Assembly: GCA_964468275.1 (NCBI GenBank)
Contig: CAYXUX010000001.1
Location: 8,597-72,596 of the forward strand
Direction of reading: 5' to 3'
DNA: 64,000 bases
Source of the DNA: an uncultured Clostridiaceae bacterium
Lineage (GTDB): Bacteria; Bacillota; Clostridia; Lutisporales; Lutisporaceae
In this document: positions 21,186 through 29,989 of the stretch, piece after piece
Layout of the letters: each line of letters starts with the position of its first letter
Position numbering within the stretch: position 1 is the stretch's first letter
Translations under genes and position numbers: made by a program
The notes under the pieces: generated by a model
Told to the model about the DNA's origin: nothing
Databases searched by the model: none
Seen by the model: the letters and a program-made list of their open reading frames with translations, nothing else

Positions 21186-21368
21186 ATCTGATGGGGAAGT
21201 TTTACTTTCCTGTCAGATGAAAATAAAGCAATACATGATATGGGAATATTTGTTCTAATAACAAAGTGATAATTGGTTAATGAGGTGAAGAAGCTTATAT
21301 TCTTGTTCTATTTTTATGACCAATCTTATATATTTTAGTAAACTGGCTTATATGTGAGGAGGGAAAGA

Positions 21369-21605
21369 ATGTTTAAAGCTTCGGAATTAAGACAAAAAGA
21401 AATTATCAGTTTATCTGAAGGAAAACGCTTGGGATTTGCCGGTGATATAGAAATAAACATGGAAACGGGGTTTATTGAAGCCATAGTATTATCCACTCAA
21501 AATAGGTTTTTAGGTTTGTTTTCAAAAGATAGTGATCTAATAATAGGTTGGGATAAAATAAAAAAAATTGGTACCGATATTATTTTAGTGGAAATTAATG
21601 ATTAA
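21369..21605 (+). CDS. ylmC: YlmC/YmxH family sporulation protein (PRC-barrel)
   Basis: About 78 aa with SELRQKEIISLSEGKRLGFAGDIEIN. ATG 21369 follows GAGGAGG. Confidence 0.75.
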   Translation: MFKASELRQKEIISLSEGKRLGFAGDIEINMETGFIEAIVLSTQNRFLGLFSKDSDLIIGWDKIKKIGTDIILVEIND

Positions 21606-21802
21606 AATCTCTTTAATAAATTGGTTTTATCCTATACAATAAGTTTAGAAAACCTATTTATAAATATTAATCTATTGATAATATTTTGTACCATATTTAA
21701 ATATGAAGCTATGTTGCAATAATATAACAAGAGAAGGGATTGGAATATAAAAGAATATGGTACTAATATTTATTTTGATTTATACCATAGAGGAGGCTTA
21801 TT

Positions 21803-22261
21803 ATGAAGTGCCCATTTTGCGGTTGGAATGAGAGCAAAGTTGTTGATTCAAGGCCGGCTGACGAATATGCAGTGATCAGAAGGAGACGAGAATGTGAGAA
21901 ATGCTCGAAAAGGTTTACAACATATGAAAGAGTTGAAGAGATACCATTAATTATAGTCAAAAGAGACGGAAGAAGAGAAGCATTTCAAAGAGAAAAGATT
22001 ATTAATGGGTTAATTAAAGCAAGTCAAAAAAGACCTATTTCTTTGAAAGAAATAGAAGAAATAGCTGATAATGTTGAAAAAGAGCTCAATAATTCTTTAG
22101 AAAAAGAAATAGATAGTAAAAGAATTGGCCAAATGGTGATGTACAGGCTGAAAAAACTTGATGATGTGGCTTATGTAAGATTTGCTTCGGTATATAAACA
22201 ATTTAAAGATATTAATACATTTATGGACGAGCTTAATAAACTTATGAAAGAAGAAAAATAA
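21803..22261 (+). CDS. nrdR: Transcriptional repressor NrdR
   Basis: N-terminal zinc ribbon MKCPFCG...CEKC followed by an ATP-cone domain. Confidence 0.93.
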   Translation: MKCPFCGWNESKVVDSRPADEYAVIRRRRECEKCSKRFTTYERVEEIPLIIVKRDGRREAFQREKIINGLIKASQKRPISLKEIEEIADNVEKELNNSLEKEIDSKRIGQMVMYRLKKLDDVAYVRFASVYKQFKDINTFMDELNKLMKEEK

Positions 22262-22268
22262 ATGCTAT

Positions 22269-22506
22269 AACGCAATTTTAATCAAATATATAAGCTCTAT
22301 AGTAAATGCTGTGATATAAGCATATATCATTTGATTCGATTGCTGGGTTCCAAGACTAACAATCTGTAAGCTTGTTACGGGTTGCGCCAAAACTCGCTTC
22401 GCTCAAACAGTTGACGCAACTAATCCTCCACTGCACTAACAGATTCTAAGTCTTTCCACAACGCAATCTTAATCAAATATATAAGCTTTTTAGTAAATGC
22501 TGTGAT
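22269..22506 (+). repeat. Intergenic repeat copy Y: a roughly 146-nt imperfect hairpin element inside a 1.25-copy tandem duplication (period 191 bp)
   Basis: 22269-22315 and 22460-22506 are 47-nt direct repeats (44/47 identical). 22331-22476 folds into five paired blocks. Shares a 20-nt exact core with 28624-28643. Confidence 0.65.
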
Positions 22507-22620
22507 GTATAATATTATACGGGCAAAAAAATATATATAAGGTATGAATTGTAACAAATATTTGTATAGCTTTGGACAAAAAACAATAATTATAAATTTT
22601 AATAACCATTGGAGGTTATA

Positions 22621-23937
22621 ATGATTAATCATAAAATACTTATTAGCGAAATTGTTCCCAATAGTATTGCGGAGGAACTTGGCATAGAAAAAGGTGATAA
22701 ATTAATAAAAGTGAACGGCGAATATGTAGAGGATATTTTGGAATATAAATTTTTAATCAGTGAAGAAGCAATAATTATTGAAATAGAAAAGCCTAATAAA
22801 AAAATATGGGAATTAGATATCGAAAAAAGTTATGATGAGGATCTTGGACTTATTTTTGATAAGTTCATTGGCAACCAAAAATCATGTTCCAATAAGTGTA
22901 TATTTTGCTTTATTGATCAATTACCGAAAGGTATGAGGAAGTCTTTATATTTTAAGGATGATGACACAAGATTATCATTTATGCATGGTAATTTTGTTAC
23001 ATTAACAAATTTAAAAGATAAAGATATAGATAAAATAATAAATTATCGGATAAGCCCGATAAATATTTCTGTTCATACTACAGATCCTTTTTTAAGAAGA
23101 AAAATGCTTCATAATAAAAAAGCGGGAAATATTATTGAACAGCTAAGAAGACTTAAAGAAGGAAATATAAAGATGAAAGGTCAAATAGTTCTGTGCCCCG
23201 GAATAAATGATGGTGATGAATTAGATAAAACTATAAGAGATTTATACAGTTTTTATCCTCAATTATATTGTATTGCAATAGTGCCTGTAGGCCTTACAAA
23301 GTTTAGGAAAGGGCTTTATCCAATAAGTGAATACGAAAAAGATAATGCATTAAATGTAATTGAGCATGTTGAAGCTGCACAGAGTTATTATTTAAAAAAA
23401 ACAGGAACCAGATTTGCTTTTCTTTCTGACGAGTTTTACTTAATTGCATCAAGAGAATTGCCTTCTTATAAAAATTATGAAGGGTTTTATCAGCTTGAAA
23501 ATGGAGTTGGAATTACAAGGTTGTTTTTAGAAGAGATAACAAAATCCTTGAATGAATCCGATTACAGCGCTAATGAAGTAAAAAACGCTACAATAGTTAC
23601 CGGGGAATATGCTGTACCATATTTAAAAGATGCAGCAACACAGGTTATGGAAAAATATTTTAAGACTCGGTTGGATGTGGTTGGAATTACTAATGAATTC
23701 TTTGGGACAACAATAAAGGTTTCCGGGCTAATTACGGGTAAAGACTTAATAACACAATTAAAAAAGAAAAAGATTGCAAATAATTTGCTGATTCCTGATA
23801 ACATGTTAAAGAGCGGAGAAAAGTTATTTCTTGATGATTTAAAAATAAAAGATATAGAAAAAGAATTAAAAACAAGAGTTATAACATGCAAAGAAGACGG
23901 CAGTGATTTAATTAAAAATATTATGGAAAAATGTTAA
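22621..23937 (+). CDS. DUF512 radical-SAM-like protein with an N-terminal PDZ domain
   Basis: PDZ-like N-terminus (SIAEELGIEKGDKLIKVNG), a CSNKCIFC CxxxCxxC cluster, and the usual location upstream of der. ATG 22621 follows GGAGG. Confidence 0.75.
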   Translation: MINHKILISEIVPNSIAEELGIEKGDKLIKVNGEYVEDILEYKFLISEEAIIIEIEKPNKKIWELDIEKSYDEDLGLIFDKFIGNQKSCSNKCIFCFIDQLPKGMRKSLYFKDDDTRLSFMHGNFVTLTNLKDKDIDKIINYRISPINISVHTTDPFLRRKMLHNKKAGNIIEQLRRLKEGNIKMKGQIVLCPGINDGDELDKTIRDLYSFYPQLYCIAIVPVGLTKFRKGLYPISEYEKDNALNVIEHVEAAQSYYLKKTGTRFAFLSDEFYLIASRELPSYKNYEGFYQLENGVGITRLFLEEITKSLNESDYSANEVKNATIVTGEYAVPYLKDAATQVMEKYFKTRLDVVGITNEFFGTTIKVSGLITGKDLITQLKKKKIANNLLIPDNMLKSGEKLFLDDLKIKDIEKELKTRVITCKEDGSDLIKNIMEKC

Positions 23938-23961
23938 TTGTACAGACAGGAGTTGCTTCGA

Positions 23962-25275
23962 ATGACAAAACCTATTGTTGCAATTGTAGGTAGGGCTAAT
24001 GTAGGAAAATCCACACTTTTTAATAGAATTGCAGGAAAGCGTATATCTATTGTAGATGATTCACCGGGCATCACTAGAGATAGGATACTTGCAGATGCTG
24101 AATGGATTGGCAATACATTTAAAGTTATTGACACAGGTGGAATTGAACCTTATTCAGAAGATATAATAATGCAGCAAATGAAAAGGCAAGCTGAAATTGC
24201 TATTGAAACGTCTGATGTTATAATATTTGTTGTGGATGCAAAAGAGGGAATAAATCCTACTGATGTTGAAGTTGCAAATATTTTAAGAAAAGCTAATAAA
24301 CCGATTATTTTAGCATGTAATAAGATAGATGCGGCAAAATATAGGGACCATATATATGAATTCTATAGCTTAGGAATTGGAGAGCCAATTGCTATATCTG
24401 CAGGACAGTCTTTGGGTATAGGAGATTTATTGGATGAAGTAGTTAAGAATTTTTTAAAAGCAGAAGAGGGAATAAATGATGATTTGATAACAAAGGTAGC
24501 AGTTGTAGGCAAACCAAACGTTGGGAAATCATCAATTATAAATAAAATACTCGGTGAAGAAAGGGTTATTGTAAGTAAAATTCCCGGAACAACCAGAGAT
24601 GCAATAGATACCTTTTTTGAAAAAGATAATCAGAAATATGTTTTAATAGATACTGCAGGTATAAGGAAAAAAAGAAAAATAAGTGAGGCTATAGAAAGAT
24701 ACAGTGTGATAAGGGCATTGACCGCAATTGAAAGAGCTGATGTTTGTCTTCTGGTTATAGATGCCGAAAAAGGTATTGCAGAACAAGACAGTAAGATTGC
24801 CGGATATATACATGAGCAAGGAAAAGGTATAATAATAGTAGTTAACAAATGGGATATGATAAAGAAGGATGAAAAAACAACTGATTTCTATAAACAGGAT
24901 ATTAACAGAGTATTACCATTTCTAGCTTATGCGCCTACAGTATTTACATCTGCATTAACAGGTCAAAGGATTTCAAGGCTACTGGAAATAGTTAATCATG
25001 TATCTAATCAACATGCACTTAGGATACAGACAGGCGTATTAAATGATATAATTAACGAAGCGGTATTAATGAATCAGCCCTCTATTTCCGGCGGCAGAAG
25101 ACTAAATATTTATTATGGGACTCAGATTTCTGTTAAACCACCGACTTTTATAATATTTGTTAATGATCCTGCTTTAATGCATTTTTCTTATGAAAGATAT
25201 TTAGAAAATCAAATAAGAAAATCATTTGGTTTTGAAGGTACACCGATTAGAATTATTATAAGAGGAAGAGAATAG
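23962..25275 (+). CDS. der: Ribosome biogenesis GTPase Der (EngA)
   Basis: Two tandem G domains ([18 protein letters not shown]) plus a KH-like C-terminus. ATG 23962 follows AGGAG. Confidence 0.93.
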   Translation: MTKPIVAIVGRANVGKSTLFNRIAGKRISIVDDSPGITRDRILADAEWIGNTFKVIDTGGIEPYSEDIIMQQMKRQAEIAIETSDVIIFVVDAKEGINPTDVEVANILRKANKPIILACNKIDAAKYRDHIYEFYSLGIGEPIAISAGQSLGIGDLLDEVVKNFLKAEEGINDDLITKVAVVGKPNVGKSSIINKILGEERVIVSKIPGTTRDAIDTFFEKDNQKYVLIDTAGIRKKRKISEAIERYSVIRALTAIERADVCLLVIDAEKGIAEQDSKIAGYIHEQGKGIIIVVNKWDMIKKDEKTTDFYKQDINRVLPFLAYAPTVFTSALTGQRISRLLEIVNHVSNQHALRIQTGVLNDIINEAVLMNQPSISGGRRLNIYYGTQISVKPPTFIIFVNDPALMHFSYERYLENQIRKSFGFEGTPIRIIIRGRE

Positions 25276-25287
25276 GAGATGTCAGAT

Positions 25288-25890
25288 ATGTCTTATAAAA
25301 TATTTGTAATAATTGTATTAGCTTATCTGTTCGGGAATTTTCCTACATCATATTTTATAGGCAAATTTTTTGCGGATATTGATATAAGGAATCATGGCAG
25401 TGGGAATGTAGGAGCAACCAATGCTCTCCGTATTTTAGGTAAAAAAGCCGGTATTATTGCACTTTTAGGAGATATTCTGAAGGGGGTCTTAGCTGTTTTA
25501 ATTGGTAAAATAATTGGAGGTGAAGATGGACAGATATTTGCGGGTTTATTTGTTGTTGTCGGTCATAACTGGCCTGTATTTTTAGGTTTTAAGGGAGGTA
25601 AGGGTGTAGCGACTACTATTGGTGTTATGATTGCGATAAACCCTTATATTGTTGCAGGAATTGTGCCGATAGGCATAATAATTATAGCGGTAACAAAATA
25701 TGTTTCATTGGCTTCAATACTTGGAATGATAATATTTCCTATTGTTATGCTTTTCACATTGCAGCCAATAAAGCTGGTTTTGTTTAGCTTTATGTTGGCA
25801 ATGATGTCTATATATAGACATAAATCCAATATTAAAAAACTAATGCAAGGTACTGAGTCAAAGATAGGACAAAAAGTTAACAGGTGGTGA
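25288..25890 (+). CDS. plsY: Glycerol-3-phosphate acyltransferase PlsY
   Basis: HGSGNVGATN, GHNWPVFLGFKGGKGVAT and NIKKL motifs. ATG 25279 is also possible as the start. Confidence 0.9.
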   Translation: MSYKIFVIIVLAYLFGNFPTSYFIGKFFADIDIRNHGSGNVGATNALRILGKKAGIIALLGDILKGVLAVLIGKIIGGEDGQIFAGLFVVVGHNWPVFLGFKGGKGVATTIGVMIAINPYIVAGIVPIGIIIIAVTKYVSLASILGMIIFPIVMLFTLQPIKLVLFSFMLAMMSIYRHKSNIKKLMQGTESKIGQKVNRW

Positions 25891-25896
25891 TATGAA

Positions 25897-26931
25897 TTGA
25901 GAAAAATTGCAGTTATAGGTGCCGGAAGTTGGGGTACCGCTAATGCGATATCTTTGAGCAAGAAAGGAATAGAAGTGAATCTATGGGTTAGGAATTTTGA
26001 TCTTTTGGGCAAAATAAAAGATACAAGAGAAAATTCCAATTATTTACCCGGGGTTACATTGCCATCAAATATTGAGATTTCAAATGATATGGAATACTGT
26101 TGCAAGGATGCTGATATTGTAGTATTAGGCACTCCATCTCATGCTGTAAGAGAGACTGTGAAAAGGATTAAAGAATTTGTCGAACAAGATCAAGTGATTG
26201 TGAATTTGGCAAAAGGTATAGAAAATGATACTTTATATCGAATGTCGGAAATAATAGTCGATTACTTACCGGATAATCCCATAGCCGTGTTATCCGGACC
26301 AAATCATGCAGAAGAAGTAGCCAGAGATATTCCGTCCGCAACAGTAGTCTCTTCGGTAAATAAAAAGGTAGCACAGTTTGTGCAGGATGCATTTATGACA
26401 TCAAGATTTAGAGTATATACAAATCCTGATATTATCGGTGTAGAATTAGGAGGTTCAATAAAAAATGTGATAGCTTTAGGAGCGGGAATTTGCGACGGAT
26501 TAGGATTTGGGGATAATACAAAAGCCGCATTGATGACGAGAGGTATTGTAGAAATTTCAAGGCTGGGTGTGGCTTTGGGTGCAAAGCAATGTACTTTTTC
26601 CGGCCTCTCGGGTATAGGAGACCTGATTGTTACTTGTACAAGCATGCATAGTAGAAATTATAGAGCCGGCAGGGCTATAGGTGAGGGAAAAACAATAAAT
26701 AAAATTTTAAAATCAACAAATATGGTTGTTGAAGGAATTCGAACAACTAAATCCGCATACAAATTAGCAGAATCAACCGGTATTGAAATGCCTATAACCG
26801 AAGAAATATATAAAGTTCTATTCGAAGGCGCAGATGTTAAAGACTCGGTATTAAATCTTATGTTAAGGAATAAGACCCACGAAATGGAGGATTTGCCGGA
26901 AATGGACTTAGTTGTCTGGAAAGATGCTTAG
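25897..26931 (+). CDS. gpsA: NAD(P)H-dependent glycerol-3-phosphate dehydrogenase
   Basis: GAGSWGTA dinucleotide fold, SGPNHAEEV and GDLIVTCTS motifs. TTG start. Confidence 0.92.
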   Translation: MRKIAVIGAGSWGTANAISLSKKGIEVNLWVRNFDLLGKIKDTRENSNYLPGVTLPSNIEISNDMEYCCKDADIVVLGTPSHAVRETVKRIKEFVEQDQVIVNLAKGIENDTLYRMSEIIVDYLPDNPIAVLSGPNHAEEVARDIPSATVVSSVNKKVAQFVQDAFMTSRFRVYTNPDIIGVELGGSIKNVIALGAGICDGLGFGDNTKAALMTRGIVEISRLGVALGAKQCTFSGLSGIGDLIVTCTSMHSRNYRAGRAIGEGKTINKILKSTNMVVEGIRTTKSAYKLAESTGIEMPITEEIYKVLFEGADVKDSVLNLMLRNKTHEMEDLPEMDLVVWKDA

Positions 26932-26948
26932 GTGCATCTTTTTTTTTG
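26921..26948 (+). terminator. Rho-independent terminator overlapping the gpsA stop
   Basis: AGATGC-TTAGGT-GCATCT followed by nine T residues. Confidence 0.6.
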
Positions 26949-27023
26949 TAATAAAAATTTCTATTGTACATATATATATAGTGCATATTTCAGGCTAATA
27001 ATCCGAAGATGGGAGGTAAAGTT

Positions 27024-28502
27024 TTGGAAGAATATGATGTATATCAAAGTATTGCCGAAAGAACTGAGGGAAGCATATATATAGGTGTGGTAGGGCCTGT
27101 TAGGACGGGTAAATCAACATTTATTAAAAGATTTATGGACTTATTGGTTATACCTAATATTGAAAATGAATTCAAAAAAGAAAGAACAAAAGATGAACTC
27201 CCTCAAAGTGCCGACGGAAAAACCATAATGACTACTGAACCGAAATTTGTGCCAAATGAAGCTATTGACATGACATTAGATGAAAATGTAAGATTTAAAC
27301 TTAGGTTTGTGGATTGCGTAGGTTATCTGGTTGACGGTGCAATAGGGCATTTGGAAGACGGACACCCCAGAATGGTAAATACTCCTTGGTACGATAATGT
27401 AATACCTTTTGAAGAAGCTGCTGAGTTAGGAACAAAAAAAGTAATTAATGAGCATTCCACTATAGGTCTGGTAATAACGACAGACGGAAGCATAACGGAT
27501 ATCCCAAGAAAGAATTATATTGAAGCGGAAGAAAGAGTTATAAAGGAGTTAAAAGAAATAAATAAGCCCTTTATAATAGTGCTAAATTCAGCAAAAGTAG
27601 AAAGTGAAGAAGCTAAGGAATTAAAAGAATCTTTGGAAAATAAATATGAAACACCGGTACTTTTGATAGACTGTCTAAATATGGGTATGAATGATATAGA
27701 TAATGTTTTGGATAAAGTACTGTTTGAATTTCCTGTAAAAGAAATGAATTATTATATGCCCCACTGGTTTGATTTTCTTGATTCAGAGCATTGGCTGAGA
27801 AAAGGAATTATTGATTACATTAAAAATAACGCTTATAAAGTGCATAATTTACGAGAAGCAGGAGGTTCTGTTGCTGTGTTCTCGCATTTGGAAGATGTAA
27901 AAAATAGCGAATTGTTAAATATTGATTTGTCGAAGGGTTCTGCAGATATACAATTTGAATTCAAGGATGGATTGTTTTATAGGGTATTAGGTGAATTATC
28001 CGGTCATGAAATAGAAGGCGATTATCAGTTAATAGGTTTATTAAAAGATTTATCCGAATCAAAAAGAGAATTTGATAAAATAAAAGATGCGATTAAAGAT
28101 GTAAAAGAAGTTGGATACGGAGTTGTCGCACCTTCGGTAGATGAAATCCAATTGGAAGAACCGGAAATCGTAAAATACGGTGGGAAATTCGGTGTAAAGC
28201 TTCGTGCCAGTGCCCCGTCTTTGCATCTTGTCAGAGCTAACATAGAAACTGAAGTATCACCGATAGTAGGGACAGAAAAGCAAAGTGAAGAATTTATAAA
28301 GTATTTTATGGATGAATTTGAAAACAATCCTCAAAAAATTTGGGATACAAACGTATTTGGAAAACCGCTTTATGATATGGTAAAAGAGGAATTACAAGGT
28401 AAGCTTTATAAGATGCCGGATGAAATTCAAGGAAAACTTCAAATCACACTTCAGAAAATTGTAAATGATTCAAAAGGCAGCATTATTTGTATAATTATTT
28501 GA
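27024..28502 (+). CDS. spoIVA: Stage IV sporulation protein A (spore coat morphogenetic ATPase)
   Basis: DVYQSIAERTEGSIYIGVVGPVRTGKSTFIKRFM, TIMTTEPKFVPN and GTEKQSEE are near-identical to SpoIVA. TTG 27024 lies 7 nt after GGGAGG; the track start is 27009. Confidence 0.93.
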   Translation: MEEYDVYQSIAERTEGSIYIGVVGPVRTGKSTFIKRFMDLLVIPNIENEFKKERTKDELPQSADGKTIMTTEPKFVPNEAIDMTLDENVRFKLRFVDCVGYLVDGAIGHLEDGHPRMVNTPWYDNVIPFEEAAELGTKKVINEHSTIGLVITTDGSITDIPRKNYIEAEERVIKELKEINKPFIIVLNSAKVESEEAKELKESLENKYETPVLLIDCLNMGMNDIDNVLDKVLFEFPVKEMNYYMPHWFDFLDSEHWLRKGIIDYIKNNAYKVHNLREAGGSVAVFSHLEDVKNSELLNIDLSKGSADIQFEFKDGLFYRVLGELSGHEIEGDYQLIGLLKDLSESKREFDKIKDAIKDVKEVGYGVVAPSVDEIQLEEPEIVKYGGKFGVKLRASAPSLHLVRANIETEVSPIVGTEKQSEEFIKYFMDEFENNPQKIWDTNVFGKPLYDMVKEELQGKLYKMPDEIQGKLQITLQKIVNDSKGSIICIII

Positions 28503-28531
28503 TTGTTGGTGATTAAAGGAATTACAACAAG

Positions 28532-28571
28532 GCTTCGTAATAAATTATTAAATTGTTTACGAGGCTTTTTG
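28532..28571 (+). terminator. Rho-independent terminator after spoIVA
   Basis: GCTTCGTAA / TTACGAGGC 9-bp stem (one G-U pair) followed by TTTTT. Confidence 0.6.
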
Positions 28572-28582
28572 TATTAAAAAAC

Positions 28583-28655
28583 GTTACTATCACACATAGC
28601 TATATTCTCAGTACAGGTTAAGCCTTTCCACAACGCAATCTTATTGAAATATTAA
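28583..28655 (+). repeat. Intergenic repeat copy Z (partial, same orientation as Y)
   Basis: CTTTCCACAACGCAATCTTA (28624-28643) is identical to 22452-22471. Flanks TAAG and T.AAATAT also match. The left end GTTACTATCAC resembles the terminal repeat of the 43.6-kb copy. Confidence 0.6.
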
Positions 28656-28788
28656 TAATCTGCAATAAAAAATTGACTATTACTATAAAAAGTTATATAA
28701 ATAAGTAAAGCATATAATTTTAATCAATGAATTTGATAATAATCAGCATGAAATTGACTGCTGATTCATAAATAGGAGATTTAGCAAA

Positions 28789-29562
28789 GTGATTAAAGAA
28801 ATATTTCCCGAAGATTTACATTTATTAAAAGGGATTATAGAAAAAGAAGATATTGCTAGAAATTATTTCATATTATTAGGACTATCAAGTGATAGAAAGG
28901 TTTATGACAAGGCCTACGGAGAATATAAAGATGGTGTGCTAAAAGCAGCATTGTTTTTAAGAAAAAGTGGCTTACTACAATTTTACGCACCGAAAGAATT
29001 TGATTTGAAAGGTTTTGCAGAGATAATTTCTACTTTATGTTCTGACAAGCTCATAGGCCCAAAATTATATTGTGATAAGCTATTTCGTTTTAAAGTATTC
29101 ACTTCTGCAATGGAAGGGGCATATATATCAAAATTAGATAAGGATTACAGATTAAGTCCTATACATAGGAATTATAAGATAAGAGAGATAAACATAAATG
29201 ATTTAGATGAAATAGTTGAGTTATACACTAAAGTCTTTTCCAGCTTTAGTCCGAAAGAAGTTATGGAGAAAAAGCTGATTACAAATCGAGGACGCGGAAT
29301 TTGTATCGAAGAGAATAATAAAATTGTTTCTGTTGCTCAAACCGATTTTGAGACAAAGAAATCGTCATTGATAGTTGGAATTGCTACTGATACTGATTAT
29401 AGATATAAAGGCATGGCAACAGAATGCACATATGTTCTAAGCCGTATATTGCAAGGTGAAAGAAAGGATGTATTTCTCCAGTATGATAATCCAAAAGCAG
29501 GTAAGATATACGAAAGGTTAGGTTATAGAAGGATAGATAGGGTAGTTCATTATAAAAAATAA
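28789..29562 (+). CDS. GNAT family N-acetyltransferase (two-lobed, substrate unknown)
   Basis: The C-terminal half has the acetyl-CoA loop pattern (VGIATDTDYRYKGMAT) and ends YERLGY. GTG start after AGGAG. Confidence 0.6.
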   Translation: MIKEIFPEDLHLLKGIIEKEDIARNYFILLGLSSDRKVYDKAYGEYKDGVLKAALFLRKSGLLQFYAPKEFDLKGFAEIISTLCSDKLIGPKLYCDKLFRFKVFTSAMEGAYISKLDKDYRLSPIHRNYKIREININDLDEIVELYTKVFSSFSPKEVMEKKLITNRGRGICIEENNKIVSVAQTDFETKKSSLIVGIATDTDYRYKGMATECTYVLSRILQGERKDVFLQYDNPKAGKIYERLGYRRIDRVVHYKK

Positions 29563-29649
29563 AAATTCAAATACTATATGCGTAATTTTTAAAATAATGT
29601 TTGTGGCAATAACTTAGTTGCTCTTTGTTAGCTGCTGTTGAAATTTGTT

Positions 29650-29746
29650 TCTACTTAATTCAGTTCTTAACTCGGATAAGGCAATGCATCGGATTAAGAA
29701 TAAACCCCGTAACCATTTAAGCTACGAGGTTTCAAATTTTCATTAA
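29650..29746 (-). repeat. Probable diverged copy W of the intergenic repeat, abutting the 3' end of tRNA-Pro
   Basis: The minus strand reads TAGCTTAAATGGTTACGGGGTT...CTTAATCC...TTATCCGAGTTAAGAACTG, colinear with copy Y (TAAGCTTGTTACGGGTT...CTAATCC...CTAACAGATTCTAAG) but without Y's central hairpin. Confidence 0.3.
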
Positions 29747-29823
29747 TGGTCTGGGTGAGAGGACTTGAACCCCCGGCCTCTTGAACCCCATTCAAGCGCG
29801 CTACCAAACTGCGCCACACCCAG
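29747..29823 (-). tRNA. tRNA-Pro (anticodon GGG)
   Basis: 77-nt cloverleaf folded by hand: acceptor CTGGGTG/CACCCAG, D arm GCGC-AGTTTGGTA-GCGC, anticodon arm CTTGA-ATGGGGT-TCAAG, T loop TTCAAGT, A73 and encoded CCA. The C1:G72 pair and G37 fit proline identity. Confidence 0.9.
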
Positions 29824-29874
29824 ATATCTAAGTCACATAATTGAATATAGCATATAGAGCATTAATTTTCAAGA

Positions 29875-29915
29875 ATTATATAAGAAATATTTAAAGTAAA
29901 TATTTCTTATATAAT
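29875..29915. repeat. 18-bp-arm perfect inverted repeat between tRNA-Pro and the HlyD-like gene
   Basis: ATTATATAAGAAATATTT-AAAGT-AAATATTTCTTATATAAT, with no flanking T-run on either strand. Confidence 0.6.
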
Positions 29916-29989
29916 AAGAAGGATATCAGGCATTTTTGGAGAAATATATAAATAATTCTATAAGTATTGTAATAGCGAGGATGTTTTAT

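Noticed and set aside
21183-21221. A second strong hairpin (TTCATCTGA...TCAGATGAA with an inner GGAAGT/ACTTTCC stem) immediately after the sigG terminator.
   Set aside because: It shares the terminator's T-run and has no U-tail of its own. Most simply it is part of a compound terminator region, so it is noted under the terminator feature only.
22331-22476. Considered whether the rod-like hairpin downstream of nrdR is a 6S RNA or another known structured RNA.
   Set aside because: It is multi-copy with truncated and inverted relatives in the same window. It lacks an obvious large central bubble flanked by long closing stems, and I cannot match it to any RNA family from memory. It is treated as a repeat element instead; an Infernal scan would settle it.
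22420-22632. Track ORFs lying in intergenic spacers on the minus strand (22420-22632, 555-782, 40154-40438, 61085-61300, 59532-59756).
   Set aside because: No ribosome-binding sites and Ile/Phe/Tyr/Lys-rich junk composition typical of AT-rich non-coding DNA. They overlap promoters, repeats or the starts of real genes.
29706-29740. A tRNA-like D-arm string (GTAGCTTAAATGGTTA on the minus strand) next to tRNA-Pro suggested a second tRNA or pseudo-tRNA.
   Set aside because: No complementary D-stem, anticodon arm, T-loop (GTTCRA) or acceptor pairing can be drawn. The segment aligns better with the intergenic repeat family.
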